A DNA stretch of 64,000 nucleotides. Origin: Bacteroidales bacterium (GTDB taxonomy: Bacteria; Bacteroidota; Bacteroidia; Bacteroidales; UBA12077). The position numbers were made by a program, and so were the translations under genes. The number at the start of each line of letters is the position of its first letter. Position 1 is the first letter of the stretch. The DNA lies in NCBI GenBank assembly GCA_036351015.1, contig JAZBOG010000020.1, positions 1,305 to 65,304 of the forward strand, given 5' to 3'. Shown in pieces: positions 28,401-38,320 of the stretch. The notes beneath the pieces are model-generated. The model saw nothing but the letters and a program-made list of their open reading frames with translations, was not told the origin of the DNA and did no database searches.

Positions 28401-28592
28401 GCCCGAAGCCTGGTTGATGGGTCGTATACAAGGTTACCTGCCTGGGGTTGTTATACCCTGGATGGCGAAGATCTGGAGCTTACTGGCGTAGCACCGGATA
28501 TTTATGTAAAAAATACTTTTATGGACCGGTTGAATGATACAGATCCTCAATTGGAAAGAGCCATCCATGAGATAATGAAAACGTTAAATTAA
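25464..28592 (+). CDS. Tricorn-protease-like S41 peptidase (beta-propeller + PDZ + S41 domain), secreted
   Basis: 1042 aa with a signal peptide. Repeated PRFSPDG(Q/K)(W/Y)I(A/T)(F/Y) TolB/WD40-like blades, a PDZ-like segment (PGDKLIAVND) and a C-terminal S41-like region (LDLRYNRGGNV, SLSDAEM). Confidence 0.8.
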   Translation: MKIKFNPMKNSTVLSILILFFLSIHGIAQENTAYFLTEPTLSPNGETIVFVYENDLWQVKTEGDVATRLTAMDGSESNPRFSPDGQWIAFSSEQNGNADVYLLPVKGGEIIQLTFHDANDYVNSWSWDSQTINFTSNRYNVIGSYKIQVTGGTPKRLFGDNYFNNVHHIAELPGEEAYLFTESWESFMFPHRKRYKGEHNPDIKYYHAGTQEYKQLTDYRGKDLWPSTDQQGIIYFASDEINSVYNLLTFDDSSKKALTNFSTAIGQPQVSANGEKVVFTKDYQIHIYDVKSNRTYKPEIKIYKNETLDIHQKFNVKGKISSFDISPDNKKIALVSRGRLFVSDIKGKFVKEINTNPRERVVEVKWLENNEELLYSRTNKGWTNIFKTSAVKNTDEKQLTYENKTERYIGLSPDFRKAVYICGSSHIHLMDLKSFKVEKIIEDEFWFSGSQPRFSPDGKYITYTAFRNFEPDVFIYDIEQKKSLKITSNGVPEDDPFWSPDGKYLYVSANRFIPAYPRGKGTHKLYRIPLYRFAGDFKSSEYENLFLKEHPKDTAIEIKLELENIEKRWENVSNVSGEHHNPYIFKEKDKEILFFNAYSDNWESSFHKMEMIPFEKNKSKSISDHSFQQIVKSKDKYYALINGSIHEINVSADKTEELAIDFIFTKNLNNEFEQMFYENWAALAENFYDKDYHGIDWKKTRDYYEQFLPYIRNRENLRKLQIDMLGELNASHLDFRSSGEEQETFYKLKSNETGILFREDDPYMVKQLVKNSPVDLLNIPIKPGDKLIAVNDAKINPLKNRNAFFNHPEVLEEIKLTFKRDKSTIDVKIHPISSRKLNNLLYDQWIESKQKIVDKASDEKIAYVYMKDMGSGSLENFLIDMTTEALHKEAIILDLRYNRGGNVHDDVLQFLSQKPYLNWKYRDGELSPQPNFAPAAKPIVLLINEHSLSDAEMTAAGFKQLELGKIIGTETYRWIIFTSARSLVDGSYTRLPAWGCYTLDGEDLELTGVAPDIYVKNTFMDRLNDTDPQLERAIHEIMKTLN

Positions 28593-28597
28593 AAACT

Positions 28598-28666
28598 AAG
28601 GGGCAGTCCAAAAAGGAAGTTACCCAGGTTTTCTAAAGGGTTACAAAGCTTCGTGGACTGCCCCTT
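28598..28666. repeat. 13-bp perfect inverted repeat with a 43-nt loop between convergent genes (terminator-like)
   Basis: AAGGGGCAGTCCA (28598-28610) pairs with TGGACTGCCCCTT (28654-28666). The left arm and loop contain GTCCAAAAAGGA, which is also present at 57714-57725. Confidence 0.55.
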
Positions 28667-28671
28667 TATCT

Positions 28672-29040
28672 TTATAAAAATTCAAAGATTGACTCTTCAA
28701 TTTCTTGCATATTAAAAGGTTTTTGGAAATAACTTTGAATAAGGTTATTATTCAGGGCCTCAGCAATCTCTTCAGTTATTTCAAAGCCCGTTAAAATAAA
28801 ATACTTAATGTCAGGATAATCCGATTTGGCTTTCTTAATAAATTCAATTCCATTCATCCCGGGCATCTTCATATCGCTGATCACTACGTTTACCACATGG
28901 TGTTTTTCTGCCAGTACTTTTAATCCTTCGTTACCACTTAGTGCAGTAATCACATTAAATTTCTTACTAAAATTAATTTCAAATAATTTTAGGTTCATAG
29001 GCTCATCATCGACATAAAGAATGGTGGTTTTATTTTCCAT
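28672..29040 (-). CDS. Single-domain response regulator
   Basis: 122 aa with VDDEP, VISDMKMPGMNG, LTG, QKPF motifs. Overlaps the upstream kinase gene by 11 nt. Confidence 0.85.
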   Translation of the reverse strand: MENKTTILYVDDEPMNLKLFEINFSKKFNVITALSGNEGLKVLAEKHHVVNVVISDMKMPGMNGIEFIKKAKSDYPDIKYFILTGFEITEEIAEALNNNLIQSYFQKPFNMQEIEESIFEFL

Positions 29041-31720
29041 GGACGTCTGATTTTAAAGGTAAAGTAATAATTACCGTCGTTCCTCGATTCGGTTTTGACT
29101 TAAATTCAATTGTTCCAGCATGTTCCTGAACAATATTATGGGTAATAGATAATCCCAGGCCTGTTCCTTTGCCAGGTGGTTTGGTGGTAAAAAAAGGATC
29201 TAAGATCTTATCCAAATGTATATCACGGATCCCTTTTCCTGTATCCTGGATTTGCAGCTTATAGTTGTTTGCACTGATAGAGGATATAATGGTTATGGAG
29301 CCCTTTTTTTCGATGGCATGAATTGCATTGGTTAAAATATTTAAAATAACCTGGTGCAACTTTCCTTCATTCCCTAATAAAGTAAAATTCTTGTCGGTAT
29401 AACTCTTTTCAATCTCTATTCTATTTTTCAATTGATTTCTAAGCATTACCAGGCAATTATCAATTATTGAATGAATATCACAGGGAAGCATTTTTGAATC
29501 ATCCTTACGGTTATAATGGTTAAGACTTTTTACTATTTCAGCGGCTCTGTAAATCCCTTCATTGATTCCCTGTAAAAGAGGGCTTAATTCTTGTAAATGA
29601 TCCTTAAAGTTTTCATTTAAGAAGGACTCAATACCAAATACCCCACCTTTGATAAAGTTGAGGGGGTTATTTATTTCATGGGCAATTCCTGAGGCAAGAA
29701 CACCCAAAGAAGCCATCTTTTCAGAATGTATTAATTGTTTTTGGGTGTTTTGCAGATTCAATAATACGGCTTCCAGTTCCTGGCGTTGATTAAGCAACTC
29801 TTCGTTAGTAGACGTTAACTCTTCATTTGCAGTGGCAAGCTCCTCGGTACGCTCCTGCACCAGAAACTCCAGGTGTTTATGATATTTCTCGAGCTCCTGC
29901 TCTGCTTTTTTTGCTTCTGTTATATCAATCGTAACTCCAATAAATCCTACCGGTTTTTTGTCATGATAAATAACACTGGTAAAAATATTTGCCGGAAAAG
30001 TGGTTCCGTCTTTTCTAAGGGCCACATACTCATCCCCGGGAGAAATATCACCTTTCAACCGCTGCATCAATCGTTTCTTTGCATAATCCCGTTGTTCGGG
30101 GATAATCAGGTCAAGTACATTGATCCCACGAACCAGATCTTCGGGGCTGTATCCGTGAATTTTGAACCCCACCTTGTTGGTATAGGTACAGATTCCCTTT
30201 AAATCAATTTCCCAGATGGCTACCGGCAGGATTTCGGCCATTTCCCGATACTTCTCCTCACTTTCAGCCAGTGCCTTCATCACTTTTTCATGTTCGGTAA
30301 TATCCACCACAAAACCTTCATAATATTTTATGTTACCCTGAGCATCTTTTACTACCCGGGCATTCTCGCGAATAATAATCTTCTCACCATTTTTTCTCAA
30401 CCACTCCGACTTATAATCTTTAAGATATCCCTGTTTCTCAATAGTATTTATAAATTCTTTGCGCGACTTTTTTAGAAAGTATTTGTTTTCGTTGAGATTC
30501 CTTTTCGACAGGCTTTCCAGGTCATCATACCCTAAAATATTTAATAAAGCGGGATTAGCCTGCAAAATCCTTCCATCAGGGGTTGTCTGGTAAATCCCTA
30601 CCTGTGCATCCTCAAATATCCCGCGAAAACGTGATTCACTCTCTGACAGGGCTTCCTTAGCCTTTTTACGTTGGGTAATATCAATTAATGAATACTGTAA
30701 AAAAAACTGATCCTCGTATTCAAAAGCCAGCAAATGAATTTCTGCATCCCAGGAGCTCCCGTCGGATCGCTTAAACTGCCATTCTACGGTCATTGTTCCA
30801 TACTCATTGACCCTTTCAATTATTTCTTCAGCCTTCACCCACGATAACTTTCCATCCCCCTGACAGGCCGGAGAAACATCGGCAGGCTTTTTGCCTAACA
30901 AATCATTCCTCGAATCATACCCAAAACTCTGGATCGCAGCATCGTTTAAATCAACAAATTCCCGGCGATCAATATCCATAATAATCATAGGAATGCTGGA
31001 GCTTTCAAAAACCTTTTTCCGGATGGCCTTACTTTTCCTTAACTCCTGCTCAACCTGTATTTTATCCTCATAATCCCGTTCTACCTTCTTTAACGTTTGA
31101 TGATTGATCCGAACAATCTGGTAGACAACTATTCCTGAAAAAATTAATGCAATTGCGGTATCAGCAATATAATCTACTACAATATTCGCCGACAATCCAT
31201 ATTCGTGCTGATAGATACTAATAAAAAGAAGAAGAATAGCGAGGTTAACAGCCGTAAAAAATATTATTGTTGTCTTATATTTACTGATGAACAGAGGAAT
31301 ACTATTTATGATTGCAAGTATTAGGACTACCGTATCGAGTTTAGCAACAACATGTTCACCCCTGCTAAAAAACATGATATACCAGACGCAAAAATTGGCC
31401 GAAATTAAGAAGAGATGAGTCGCAATATTATATTTTCCTTTGAACAACAAGAAAAGCGTAACAGAAAAAATCAACAGTAAAATAATGATGGGTAAAAAAA
31501 TCTGGAGATCTAACTTGTTGAAACTTCCTGTCAGTTGTACATAACTTGAACTTACCAATAGAAAAGTCAATGCAAAAATAGCTGCAATACATATACTATA
31601 AAATACACGAACCCTTAACTTTAAAGAAAAACTCGAATTCTTATAAAATTCTAGGATTCTGGGGAGTTTAATATGAAAAGATTTTTCGAGATCATTATTT
31701 CTATGGTGTAAATCTCCCAT
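29030..31720 (-). CDS. Membrane-bound multi-PAS sensor histidine kinase
   Basis: 896 aa. About 6-7 N-terminal TM segments and three PAS-like modules. H-box [13 protein letters not shown]-box [11 protein letters not shown]-boxes DTGKGI and GKGTGLGLS. Confidence 0.9.
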   Translation of the reverse strand: MGDLHHRNNDLEKSFHIKLPRILEFYKNSSFSLKLRVRVFYSICIAAIFALTFLLVSSSYVQLTGSFNKLDLQIFLPIIILLLIFSVTLFLLFKGKYNIATHLFLISANFCVWYIMFFSRGEHVVAKLDTVVLILAIINSIPLFISKYKTTIIFFTAVNLAILLLFISIYQHEYGLSANIVVDYIADTAIALIFSGIVVYQIVRINHQTLKKVERDYEDKIQVEQELRKSKAIRKKVFESSSIPMIIMDIDRREFVDLNDAAIQSFGYDSRNDLLGKKPADVSPACQGDGKLSWVKAEEIIERVNEYGTMTVEWQFKRSDGSSWDAEIHLLAFEYEDQFFLQYSLIDITQRKKAKEALSESESRFRGIFEDAQVGIYQTTPDGRILQANPALLNILGYDDLESLSKRNLNENKYFLKKSRKEFINTIEKQGYLKDYKSEWLRKNGEKIIIRENARVVKDAQGNIKYYEGFVVDITEHEKVMKALAESEEKYREMAEILPVAIWEIDLKGICTYTNKVGFKIHGYSPEDLVRGINVLDLIIPEQRDYAKKRLMQRLKGDISPGDEYVALRKDGTTFPANIFTSVIYHDKKPVGFIGVTIDITEAKKAEQELEKYHKHLEFLVQERTEELATANEELTSTNEELLNQRQELEAVLLNLQNTQKQLIHSEKMASLGVLASGIAHEINNPLNFIKGGVFGIESFLNENFKDHLQELSPLLQGINEGIYRAAEIVKSLNHYNRKDDSKMLPCDIHSIIDNCLVMLRNQLKNRIEIEKSYTDKNFTLLGNEGKLHQVILNILTNAIHAIEKKGSITIISSISANNYKLQIQDTGKGIRDIHLDKILDPFFTTKPPGKGTGLGLSITHNIVQEHAGTIEFKSKPNRGTTVIITLPLKSDVHGK

Positions 31721-31904
31721 CCAGTAAATTTTTAATGATAACTTTTCCGCTTGTTCTGTGCATATTATGCTTCCAAAAAGAGCCGATAATATTTTAAAGT
31801 TAACTATATACTTATAAATATAATGAATGTTTCAATAAATATCAAACATCATCCCTTTCCTTCAGGGAAATATCTGCTGAGAACCTGATTTTTAAGATAA
31901 AAAC

Positions 31905-31927
31905 AGGGCAACGAGAATCGCTGCCCT
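31905..31927 (-). terminator. Terminator hairpin after the PfkB kinase gene
   Basis: AGGGCAACGA/TCGCTGCCCT stem (one mismatch), followed on the minus strand by a T-rich run. Confidence 0.5.
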
Positions 31928-31956
31928 AAGATCCGGATAATATTCTGGCGCAACTT

Positions 31957-32922
31957 TTAAATTTGCTGTTTAATTGAATTCCAAGTTTCTGCACTCATTT
32001 TGGAACCTACCACTTCGATTACTTTGCTTGCACATAGTGAGCCGATACTCCCGCACTTTTCCAAAGGCATTTTATTGACCAAGCCATATAAAAAACCAGA
32101 AGCATAGAGGTCGCCTGCACCCGTTGTATCAACTGAATCTGCTTTAAAGGGATCAATGGTATAGATTTGTCCATCACTTTTTATCAAAGAGCCTTTACTT
32201 CCAATTTTAACAATTGCAATCTCACACTGTTCAGCGATTTCATTTAACGCTTCTTCTGGTTCCTTTCCGGTATAAGCCTTTGCTTCTTCTTCGTTTGCAA
32301 AAATTATATCTACATAGTTTTGAATATAATCTTTCAAAAAATCAAGGTTATCTTCTACAACATTATAGCTTGCCAGGTCCAGTGAAATTTTCATATGATT
32401 AGCCTTTGCCAGTTGGGCTGCCTTAAGCATTAACTTATGATTTAAAACCAGGTACCCTTCGATATGCAGATACTTATAATCCTCAAATTGATCGGCAATT
32501 AAATCCATATCGGAAAGTTCAACAGCTGCTCCCAGGTAGGTAGCAAATGTCCGTTCAGAATCAGGCGAGATTAAAGCCATCGCTCTTCCGGTTTCGGTCA
32601 TGGTTTTGAGCATAAACGGCACTATTCCATTAGCTTTCATATCATTACTAAAAAATTCACCAAAAGAATCATCTCCTACTTTTCCAATATATCCGGCAGG
32701 AGCTCCTAAACTAGCCAATCCGTGAATGGTATTTGCAGCAGACCCTCCGGAAGACTGGGATTTTTTAAAATTCACCGTTGCTTGATCTACCTGGTCGGCA
32801 AAATCTCTTTCTGATAGTTGCATACTCCCTTTTTTCAATGAAAATTTTTCCAAGGTTGAATCATCCGGGAGCATTGTCATAATATCAACCAGTGCATTTC
32901 CTATTCCTAATACTTTGTCCAT
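31957..32922 (-). CDS. PfkB-family carbohydrate/nucleoside kinase (adenosine-kinase-like)
   Basis: 321 aa. N-terminal GIGNALVD, GGSAANT, and a C-terminal DTTGAGDLYASGFLYG ATP/anion-hole motif. Confidence 0.75.
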   Translation of the reverse strand: MDKVLGIGNALVDIMTMLPDDSTLEKFSLKKGSMQLSERDFADQVDQATVNFKKSQSSGGSAANTIHGLASLGAPAGYIGKVGDDSFGEFFSNDMKANGIVPFMLKTMTETGRAMALISPDSERTFATYLGAAVELSDMDLIADQFEDYKYLHIEGYLVLNHKLMLKAAQLAKANHMKISLDLASYNVVEDNLDFLKDYIQNYVDIIFANEEEAKAYTGKEPEEALNEIAEQCEIAIVKIGSKGSLIKSDGQIYTIDPFKADSVDTTGAGDLYASGFLYGLVNKMPLEKCGSIGSLCASKVIEVVGSKMSAETWNSIKQQI

Positions 32923-32949
32923 GTTTATTATTTTATTTTAAATCAGCTA

Positions 32950-32957
32950 CAAAAGTA
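32950..32957 (-). promoter_or_regulatory. Bacteroidota-type -7 box (TAnnTTTG) for the PfkB kinase gene
   Basis: Minus strand reads TACTTTTG, 27 nt upstream of the ATG at 32922. Confidence 0.35.
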
Positions 32958-33087
32958 ATAAGATTATTTAAACCCCGATTAAATGATGTTAATTAAAATA
33001 AGAACGGCTAAAAAATGTTTTCTTGAAACGCATTTAAGTATATTCGATACAAATAAAATATTTGACAGCAAATGTTATGGGCTAATT

Positions 33088-33170
33088 AACTAACCGCAAA
33101 GTTGCGTAGAGGAAAAGTAAGGAGCCCATTATTTAAGCATTTTTCGGTCTACGCACCTTTGCGGTTAGTT
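33088..33170. repeat. Long hairpin: 23-bp inverted repeat with a 37-nt loop
   Basis: AACTAACCGCAAAGTTGCGTAGA (33088-33110) pairs with TCTACGCACCTTTGCGGTTAGTT (33148-33170), with one G-T position. A possible extension exists via GAAAA/TTTTC inside the loop. Lies 12 nt downstream of the purC stop. Confidence 0.6.
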
Positions 33171-33181
33171 GTTGTGGGATT

Positions 33182-34132
33182 CTAAGGTAAATTATTTAAT
33201 TCCTTGATAACGTTTTGTTCTATTCTTTCTTTAACCTGACTTGCTTCTGCTTTTACAAACTTATCGCCGGTTATTTTTTCATACAATTCAATATATCTTT
33301 CAGACACCTGGTTTACAAACTCTTCGGGCATTTCCGGAACCTGCTGTCCATCTTCTCCCTGAAAGCCATGTTCCATAAGCCATTCACGAACAAACTCTTT
33401 CGATAGCTGCTTCTGGTTTTCTCCTTTCCTTTGTCGCTCTTCATATCCGTCTAGATAAAAGTAACGCGATGAATCCGGGGTATGAATTTCATCGATTAAA
33501 TAGATCTTTCCCCCTTTCTTTCCAAACTCATACTTGGTATCAACCAAAATCAGTCCCATCTCTTCAGCAATCTCACTTCCCCGTTTAAATAATTCCAACG
33601 AATACTTTTCAAGCATTTCATAATCTTCTTTCGAAACCAAACCCTGTTTAATAATTTCCTCCCGGGAGATATTTTCATCATGACCAATATCTGCTTTTGT
33701 TGTAGGGGTAAGGATGGGTTCAGGGAAACGTTGATGCTCTACCAAGCCTTCGGGCAAAGGAACACCGCAAATATCTCTTCCTCCTTTCTTATACAAACGC
33801 CATGAACTTCCTGTAAGATATCCACGGACAATCATCTCAACAGGAAAAGGATCAACATAGTGTCCGATGGTAACCATCGGATCCGGGACTGCTATTTTCC
33901 AGTTGGGAACGATATCAGCGGTTGCATCTAAAAATTTCTCTGCAATCTGGTTAAGCACCTGTCCTTTGTATGGGATTCCTTTGGGAAGAACAACATCAAA
34001 TGCAGAAATGCGGTCACTTACAACCATTACTAAATACTCATCGTTGATATTATAAACATCACGAACTTTTCCGTTATATACACTCTTTTGTTTCGGAAAT
34101 TTAAACTCTGTTTTTACTACTGCCTGTGCCAT
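33182..34132 (-). CDS. purC: Phosphoribosylaminoimidazole-succinocarboxamide (SAICAR) synthase
   Basis: 316 aa, long-form PurC. Motifs [27 protein letters not shown]. Confidence 0.9.
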   Translation of the reverse strand: MAQAVVKTEFKFPKQKSVYNGKVRDVYNINDEYLVMVVSDRISAFDVVLPKGIPYKGQVLNQIAEKFLDATADIVPNWKIAVPDPMVTIGHYVDPFPVEMIVRGYLTGSSWRLYKKGGRDICGVPLPEGLVEHQRFPEPILTPTTKADIGHDENISREEIIKQGLVSKEDYEMLEKYSLELFKRGSEIAEEMGLILVDTKYEFGKKGGKIYLIDEIHTPDSSRYFYLDGYEERQRKGENQKQLSKEFVREWLMEHGFQGEDGQQVPEMPEEFVNQVSERYIELYEKITGDKFVKAEASQVKERIEQNVIKELNNLP

Positions 34133-34185
34133 AAGTTAGTTTATTTGTAAATTAAAAAAATCGCAATCTAGAGATAAGCCAAGAA

Positions 34186-35166
34186 TCACTTCTGGGCACC
34201 TGTTCCTTCACCCTCATCCTCCTTAAAATTATTCTGGTATGCATCCACAATATATTTCACCAGGTGATGACGGATGATATCCCGTTCGTCAAAATAAACA
34301 ACAGAAATCCCCTGAATGTTTTTCAGTATTTTTAATGCCTGAATTAATCCTGATTTTTGCTTTGGTCGTAAATCAATTTGTGTAACATCCCCGGTAACAA
34401 TAAATTTAGCATTTTTCCCCATTCGGGTCAGAAACATCTTCAACTGATTTACCGTAGTATTCTGGGCTTCGTCGAGGATCACAAAGGCATTATCCAGAGT
34501 TCTTCCCCGCATATAAGCCAGGGGAGCAATTTCTATTATTCCGTCCTCTATTAAATCGGCCAATTTCCGGGGATGAATCATATCCATCAAGGCATCATAC
34601 AAAGGACGTAAATAAGGATCCAGCTTTTCTTTTAAATCCCCGGGCAAAAAACCCAGGTTCTCTCCTGCCTCAACGGCAGGACGGGTTAAAATAATCCGTT
34701 TTACCTCCTTGTTTTTAAATGCCCTCACAGCCAGTGCAATCGCTGTATAGGTCTTTCCTGATCCTGCAGGACCAATCGCAAAAAGTAAATCATTGGTATC
34801 ATATTCATTAACCAGCTTTTGTTGATTCACCGTGCGTGCTTTAATCGGACGTGCAGAGTTGCTGTAGATTAAAGCATCATCCGATTCTTCTTTTCTTTTT
34901 AACAACGTTTTTCCCTCTCCCTTTAACAATGCTTCAAACTCTGTATCCGTCAACTTTTTAAATTTTAAAAAATATTCAATAATCAACTGAAGCCTTTCTT
35001 CAAACTCAAAAATTAACTGTTCTTCTCCCTGCACTTTAATTTCATCACCACGGGCAATAATCTTAAGTTTGGGATAAAATGCTTTTATTTTTTCCAGCCG
35101 GGTATTTTTTACCCCATAAATGTTTACCGGCTCGATCCCCTCTAAATATATAACCTTTTCAATCAT
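34186..35166 (-). CDS. phoH: PhoH-family ATPase
   Basis: 326 aa. Walker A GPAGSGKTY, AFVILDEAQN, and the PhoH C-terminal pattern (FIVTGDVTQIDL). Confidence 0.9.
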   Translation of the reverse strand: MIEKVIYLEGIEPVNIYGVKNTRLEKIKAFYPKLKIIARGDEIKVQGEEQLIFEFEERLQLIIEYFLKFKKLTDTEFEALLKGEGKTLLKRKEESDDALIYSNSARPIKARTVNQQKLVNEYDTNDLLFAIGPAGSGKTYTAIALAVRAFKNKEVKRIILTRPAVEAGENLGFLPGDLKEKLDPYLRPLYDALMDMIHPRKLADLIEDGIIEIAPLAYMRGRTLDNAFVILDEAQNTTVNQLKMFLTRMGKNAKFIVTGDVTQIDLRPKQKSGLIQALKILKNIQGISVVYFDERDIIRHHLVKYIVDAYQNNFKEDEGEGTGAQK

Positions 35167-35332
35167 AAAATTTCAACAAATATTGCTTACATTTGGTAAT
35201 TGTTTTGCTCGACCTTTGAATTTTTATATTTATTTATAAATCAATAAACAAAGGGATTTTAAATATCTTTTTAAGACATCGAAATTAAGCAAAAAACTTT
35301 AAAACCGAAAAAGATTTTTTAGTTCGCCCGGT

Positions 35333-36103
35333 ATGCCCATAATAACCCTTACAACTGACTGGAATAATGAGGATTTTTATATTGGCGCTGTAAAAGGCTC
35401 AATTTACAGTCAATGTAATCAAATCCAAATGGTTGATATTACCCATCAGATTAAGCCTTTTAATATCTTTCAGACTGCTTTTATCCTGAAAAACAGTTAT
35501 CATTTTTTTCCCAGGGGGAGTGTACATATTATTGGGGTAAAAACAGAGATACTTCCCGATCAGCCAGTTCTTGTAGCCAAATGCAACGAACATTATTTTG
35601 TGGGAACAGATAATGGAATTTTTAGTTTATTATTCAAGGAAGAGGAGAAACCTGAGTTTTATTTGCTGGATGACTATACTCCTTCGAGTTTTCCTGTGCT
35701 GGATATTTTTACTAAGGTTGCCTGCAAAATTATCCAGGGTGAACTGTTAACATCCTTCTGTACTCAGACCGAAACCATAAACCGCCGGGTACCGTTACGT
35801 GCTACGATTGAAGATAATGTTATTTCAGGCAGCATTGTATATATTGATTCCTTTCAGAATGCCATTACCAATGTTTCCAAAGATTTATTCGAGCGTGTGA
35901 TTAAGGGAAAACCCTTTAAAATTTATGTGCAAAGCAACCATTATATGATTTCAAAGATTAACCGGTCGTATCACGAGACATCTGCAGGTGAAATACTGGC
36001 CCTGTTTAATTCCCTAAATTTACTGGAAATTGCAATCAATGGAGGGAATGCAGCCGAATTATTAAATTTAACGATCAACTCGTCAATACGAATAAAATTT
36101 TAA
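35333..36103 (+). CDS. SAM hydroxide adenosyltransferase / chlorinase-fluorinase family (DUF62) protein
   Basis: 256 aa. N-terminal PIITLTTDWNNEDFYIGAVKGSI matches the family hallmark (ITLTTDFG..D.YVG.MKG). Confidence 0.75.
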   Translation: MPIITLTTDWNNEDFYIGAVKGSIYSQCNQIQMVDITHQIKPFNIFQTAFILKNSYHFFPRGSVHIIGVKTEILPDQPVLVAKCNEHYFVGTDNGIFSLLFKEEEKPEFYLLDDYTPSSFPVLDIFTKVACKIIQGELLTSFCTQTETINRRVPLRATIEDNVISGSIVYIDSFQNAITNVSKDLFERVIKGKPFKIYVQSNHYMISKINRSYHETSAGEILALFNSLNLLEIAINGGNAAELLNLTINSSIRIKF

Positions 36104-36109
36104 AAACAA

Positions 36110-36889
36110 ATGCAAAAAGAATTAGCAGCTTTTGGGCGATTAGTAGAAATCATGGACGAATTACGTAACAAATGTCCATGGGACAAAAAACAAACCATAG
36201 AAACGCTCCGAACGCTAACTATTGAAGAAACTTATGAATTGGCGGATGCCATCATTAAAAATGATATGCAGGAACTCAAGAAGGAGCTTGGGGATTTACT
36301 TCTTCATATTGTTTTTTATGCAAAAATTGGATCCGAAAAAAATGCTTTTACCCTCTCCGATGTTATTGAAGGGATTAATAAAAAATTAGTCCGTCGCCAT
36401 CCGCACGTGTTTGGCGATACCGAAGTGAAAGACAGCAAAGAGGTAGAAGAGAACTGGGAGTCCATAAAACTCCGGGAAAAAGACCGAAAAAAAGCCGTTC
36501 TGTCAGGGGTTCCTGATTCTCTTCCGGCACTGGTAAAGGCGAACAGAATTCAACAAAAAGTCCGTGGGGTCGGCTTTGACTGGGAGGAAAGAACACAGAT
36601 CTGGGAGAAAGTTAAAGAAGAACTCAACGAGTTAGAACATGAAGTGGAAACCGAAGATTATGATAATATAGAGGCTGAGTTTGGGGACCTGTTTTTTTCC
36701 CTAATTAATGCAGCCCGTTTATATGATATTGATCCTGAAACCGCCCTGGAACGTACCAATAAAAAATTCATCAAACGGTTTAACTACCTTGAGGAACAGA
36801 CCCTAACGAAGGGATTATCGCTAAAAGATATGTCTTTGGATGAAATGAATGAAATTTGGGAAAAGGCTAAAGAATTTGACGAAGAATAA
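36110..36889 (+). CDS. mazG: Nucleoside triphosphate pyrophosphohydrolase MazG
   Basis: 259 aa. Tandem MazG EEXXE motifs (IEETYELADAI, ELGDLLLHIVF; second half EEVETE, EFGDLFFSLIN) and CPWDKKQT. Confidence 0.9.
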   Translation: MQKELAAFGRLVEIMDELRNKCPWDKKQTIETLRTLTIEETYELADAIIKNDMQELKKELGDLLLHIVFYAKIGSEKNAFTLSDVIEGINKKLVRRHPHVFGDTEVKDSKEVEENWESIKLREKDRKKAVLSGVPDSLPALVKANRIQQKVRGVGFDWEERTQIWEKVKEELNELEHEVETEDYDNIEAEFGDLFFSLINAARLYDIDPETALERTNKKFIKRFNYLEEQTLTKGLSLKDMSLDEMNEIWEKAKEFDEE

Positions 36890-36983
36890 TTTTAACACCA
36901 AAAAAAGAGGCCGTCGAAAAAGTCAATTTATCTTTTAGAGAATTTGATATTTAAAAAAGGACCTCGCACAGGGAAACAAAGAA

Positions 36984-37017
36984 AAAGGGCTGTCGAAAAC
37001 TTTTCAGACAGCCCTTT
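36984..37017 (-). terminator. Terminator after the DUF5606-like gene
   Basis: AAAGGGCTGTC ... GACAGCCCTTT 11-bp stem, followed on the minus strand by TTTTTCTTTGTTT. A degenerate direct copy of the left arm (GAGGCCGTCGAAAAAG) lies at about 36909. Confidence 0.6.
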
Positions 37018-37039
37018 AAGATAAGATAAAACTATTTCT

Positions 37040-37525
37040 TTACTGGTCCTTTGCATTTTCTTCCCTATCGTTCGCTTCTTTATTTTCTGCTTTCTTTTCC
37101 TGTCCGCCTGATTTTTCACTTTCTGCTTTTGTTTCTTCTTCCTCGTCGAAGTTGAGCATATCTAACTGATGTAACTGATTATACCACTGAAAAACTTTCT
37201 TGATATCAGAAACATATACCCGGTCCCGGTCATAATCAGGTAATATTTCGGCAAAATAACTTTTCAGTTCATCGGGGGATGATTTATGTGAGATCGCTTC
37301 GCCTCCATTCTCTTTCTCATAAATTGCCTTAAAAACATCTTTTAAAGCAATATCCTCGGTATCCGTAAAGATAGCAATATCTTCCAGGGCACTAATCTTT
37401 GCTGTTGCCGAGGCATTCATACGTTTCTTGGTTTCAAGCGATTCCACAATGATGCCATGTCGTCCCTGGGAAATAAACTGGAATAATCCGCCATGACCAG
37501 CAATTGATAAAATATCTTTTAACAT
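37040..37525 (-). CDS. DUF5606-like protein with an acidic/lysine-rich tail
   Basis: 161 aa. N-terminal MLKDILSIAGHGGLFQFISQGRHGIIVESLETKKR recalled as typical of a conserved Bacteroidota family. Confidence 0.5.
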   Translation of the reverse strand: MLKDILSIAGHGGLFQFISQGRHGIIVESLETKKRMNASATAKISALEDIAIFTDTEDIALKDVFKAIYEKENGGEAISHKSSPDELKSYFAEILPDYDRDRVYVSDIKKVFQWYNQLHQLDMLNFDEEEETKAESEKSGGQEKKAENKEANDREENAKDQ

Positions 37526-37596
37526 AAAACTATTTTTTAATATTTAATGAGATGCAAAAATAATATTCATTTCAAAAATCTGAAATAATTTTAAAA

Positions 37597-38316
37597 TTAA
37601 TTCATTCCCCGTTCTTTTTTTATCTTCTCGTAGGCTTCGTTAACCCGTTGAAATTTCTCCTTTGCTTTCAGCTGAAAGTCCTCCCCCAAATGACTCACCT
37701 TATCGGGATGATATTTTAAAGCCATTTTACGATAGGCCTTTTTCACCTCTTCGTCAGACACGGTGGATTCAATCTCCAGAATTCTATAAGCACTATTCAC
37801 CTCCTCCACAAACATCGATTTTATGGAGTCGAAATCTTTAGAGCTGATACCAAGATATCTTGATATTAACGCAATAGCATTTAACTCAGATGCATCCACC
37901 TGTCCGTCGGCTTTTGCAACACCCAGCAAAAGATGCAGTAATTCAAGACGTGATGAATAATCCAGGTTTTGTTTGATCTGCAGACATACCGACTGAACAG
38001 GGATTGTTTGCTTTAACAGATCACGAAGCAAATGAATAGCTTCAGCTGCAGATTCCTCCCCGAAGGTCTGGATAAAATATTTTTTGATATAATTTAGCTC
38101 AGATTTCATTACCCTCCCGTCAGCTTTCATTACCGCAGCAATAAGTACCAGTAAACTTGCAGCAAAGCTGCCGGTTGTGGTCATCGAGTATCCTGTTCTG
38201 GACTGAGCATCCACCTTTTCAATCAGTGAACCCAGGGCAAAAGCAAGAATCCCTCCTATTGGACCAAATATTGCCCAGCCTAAACCTCCGGCAATCCATT
38301 TTCCAAATTTTCCCAT
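37597..38316 (-). CDS. TerB-like domain + C-terminal J-domain co-chaperone (DjlA-like)
   Basis: 239 aa with an N-terminal TM segment, a TerB-like helical region, and a J-domain YRILEIESTVSDEEVKKAYRKMALKYHPDK. Confidence 0.8.
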   Translation of the reverse strand: MGKFGKWIAGGLGWAIFGPIGGILAFALGSLIEKVDAQSRTGYSMTTTGSFAASLLVLIAAVMKADGRVMKSELNYIKKYFIQTFGEESAAEAIHLLRDLLKQTIPVQSVCLQIKQNLDYSSRLELLHLLLGVAKADGQVDASELNAIALISRYLGISSKDFDSIKSMFVEEVNSAYRILEIESTVSDEEVKKAYRKMALKYHPDKVSHLGEDFQLKAKEKFQRVNEAYEKIKKERGMN

Positions 38317-38320
38317 GATC

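Noticed and set aside
36928-37119. 63-aa ORF spanning the mazG/DUF5606 intergenic region
   Set aside because: It overlaps the terminator hairpin and the 3' end of the DUF5606-like gene, and its basic low-complexity translation is the antisense of the acidic/lysine-rich tail.
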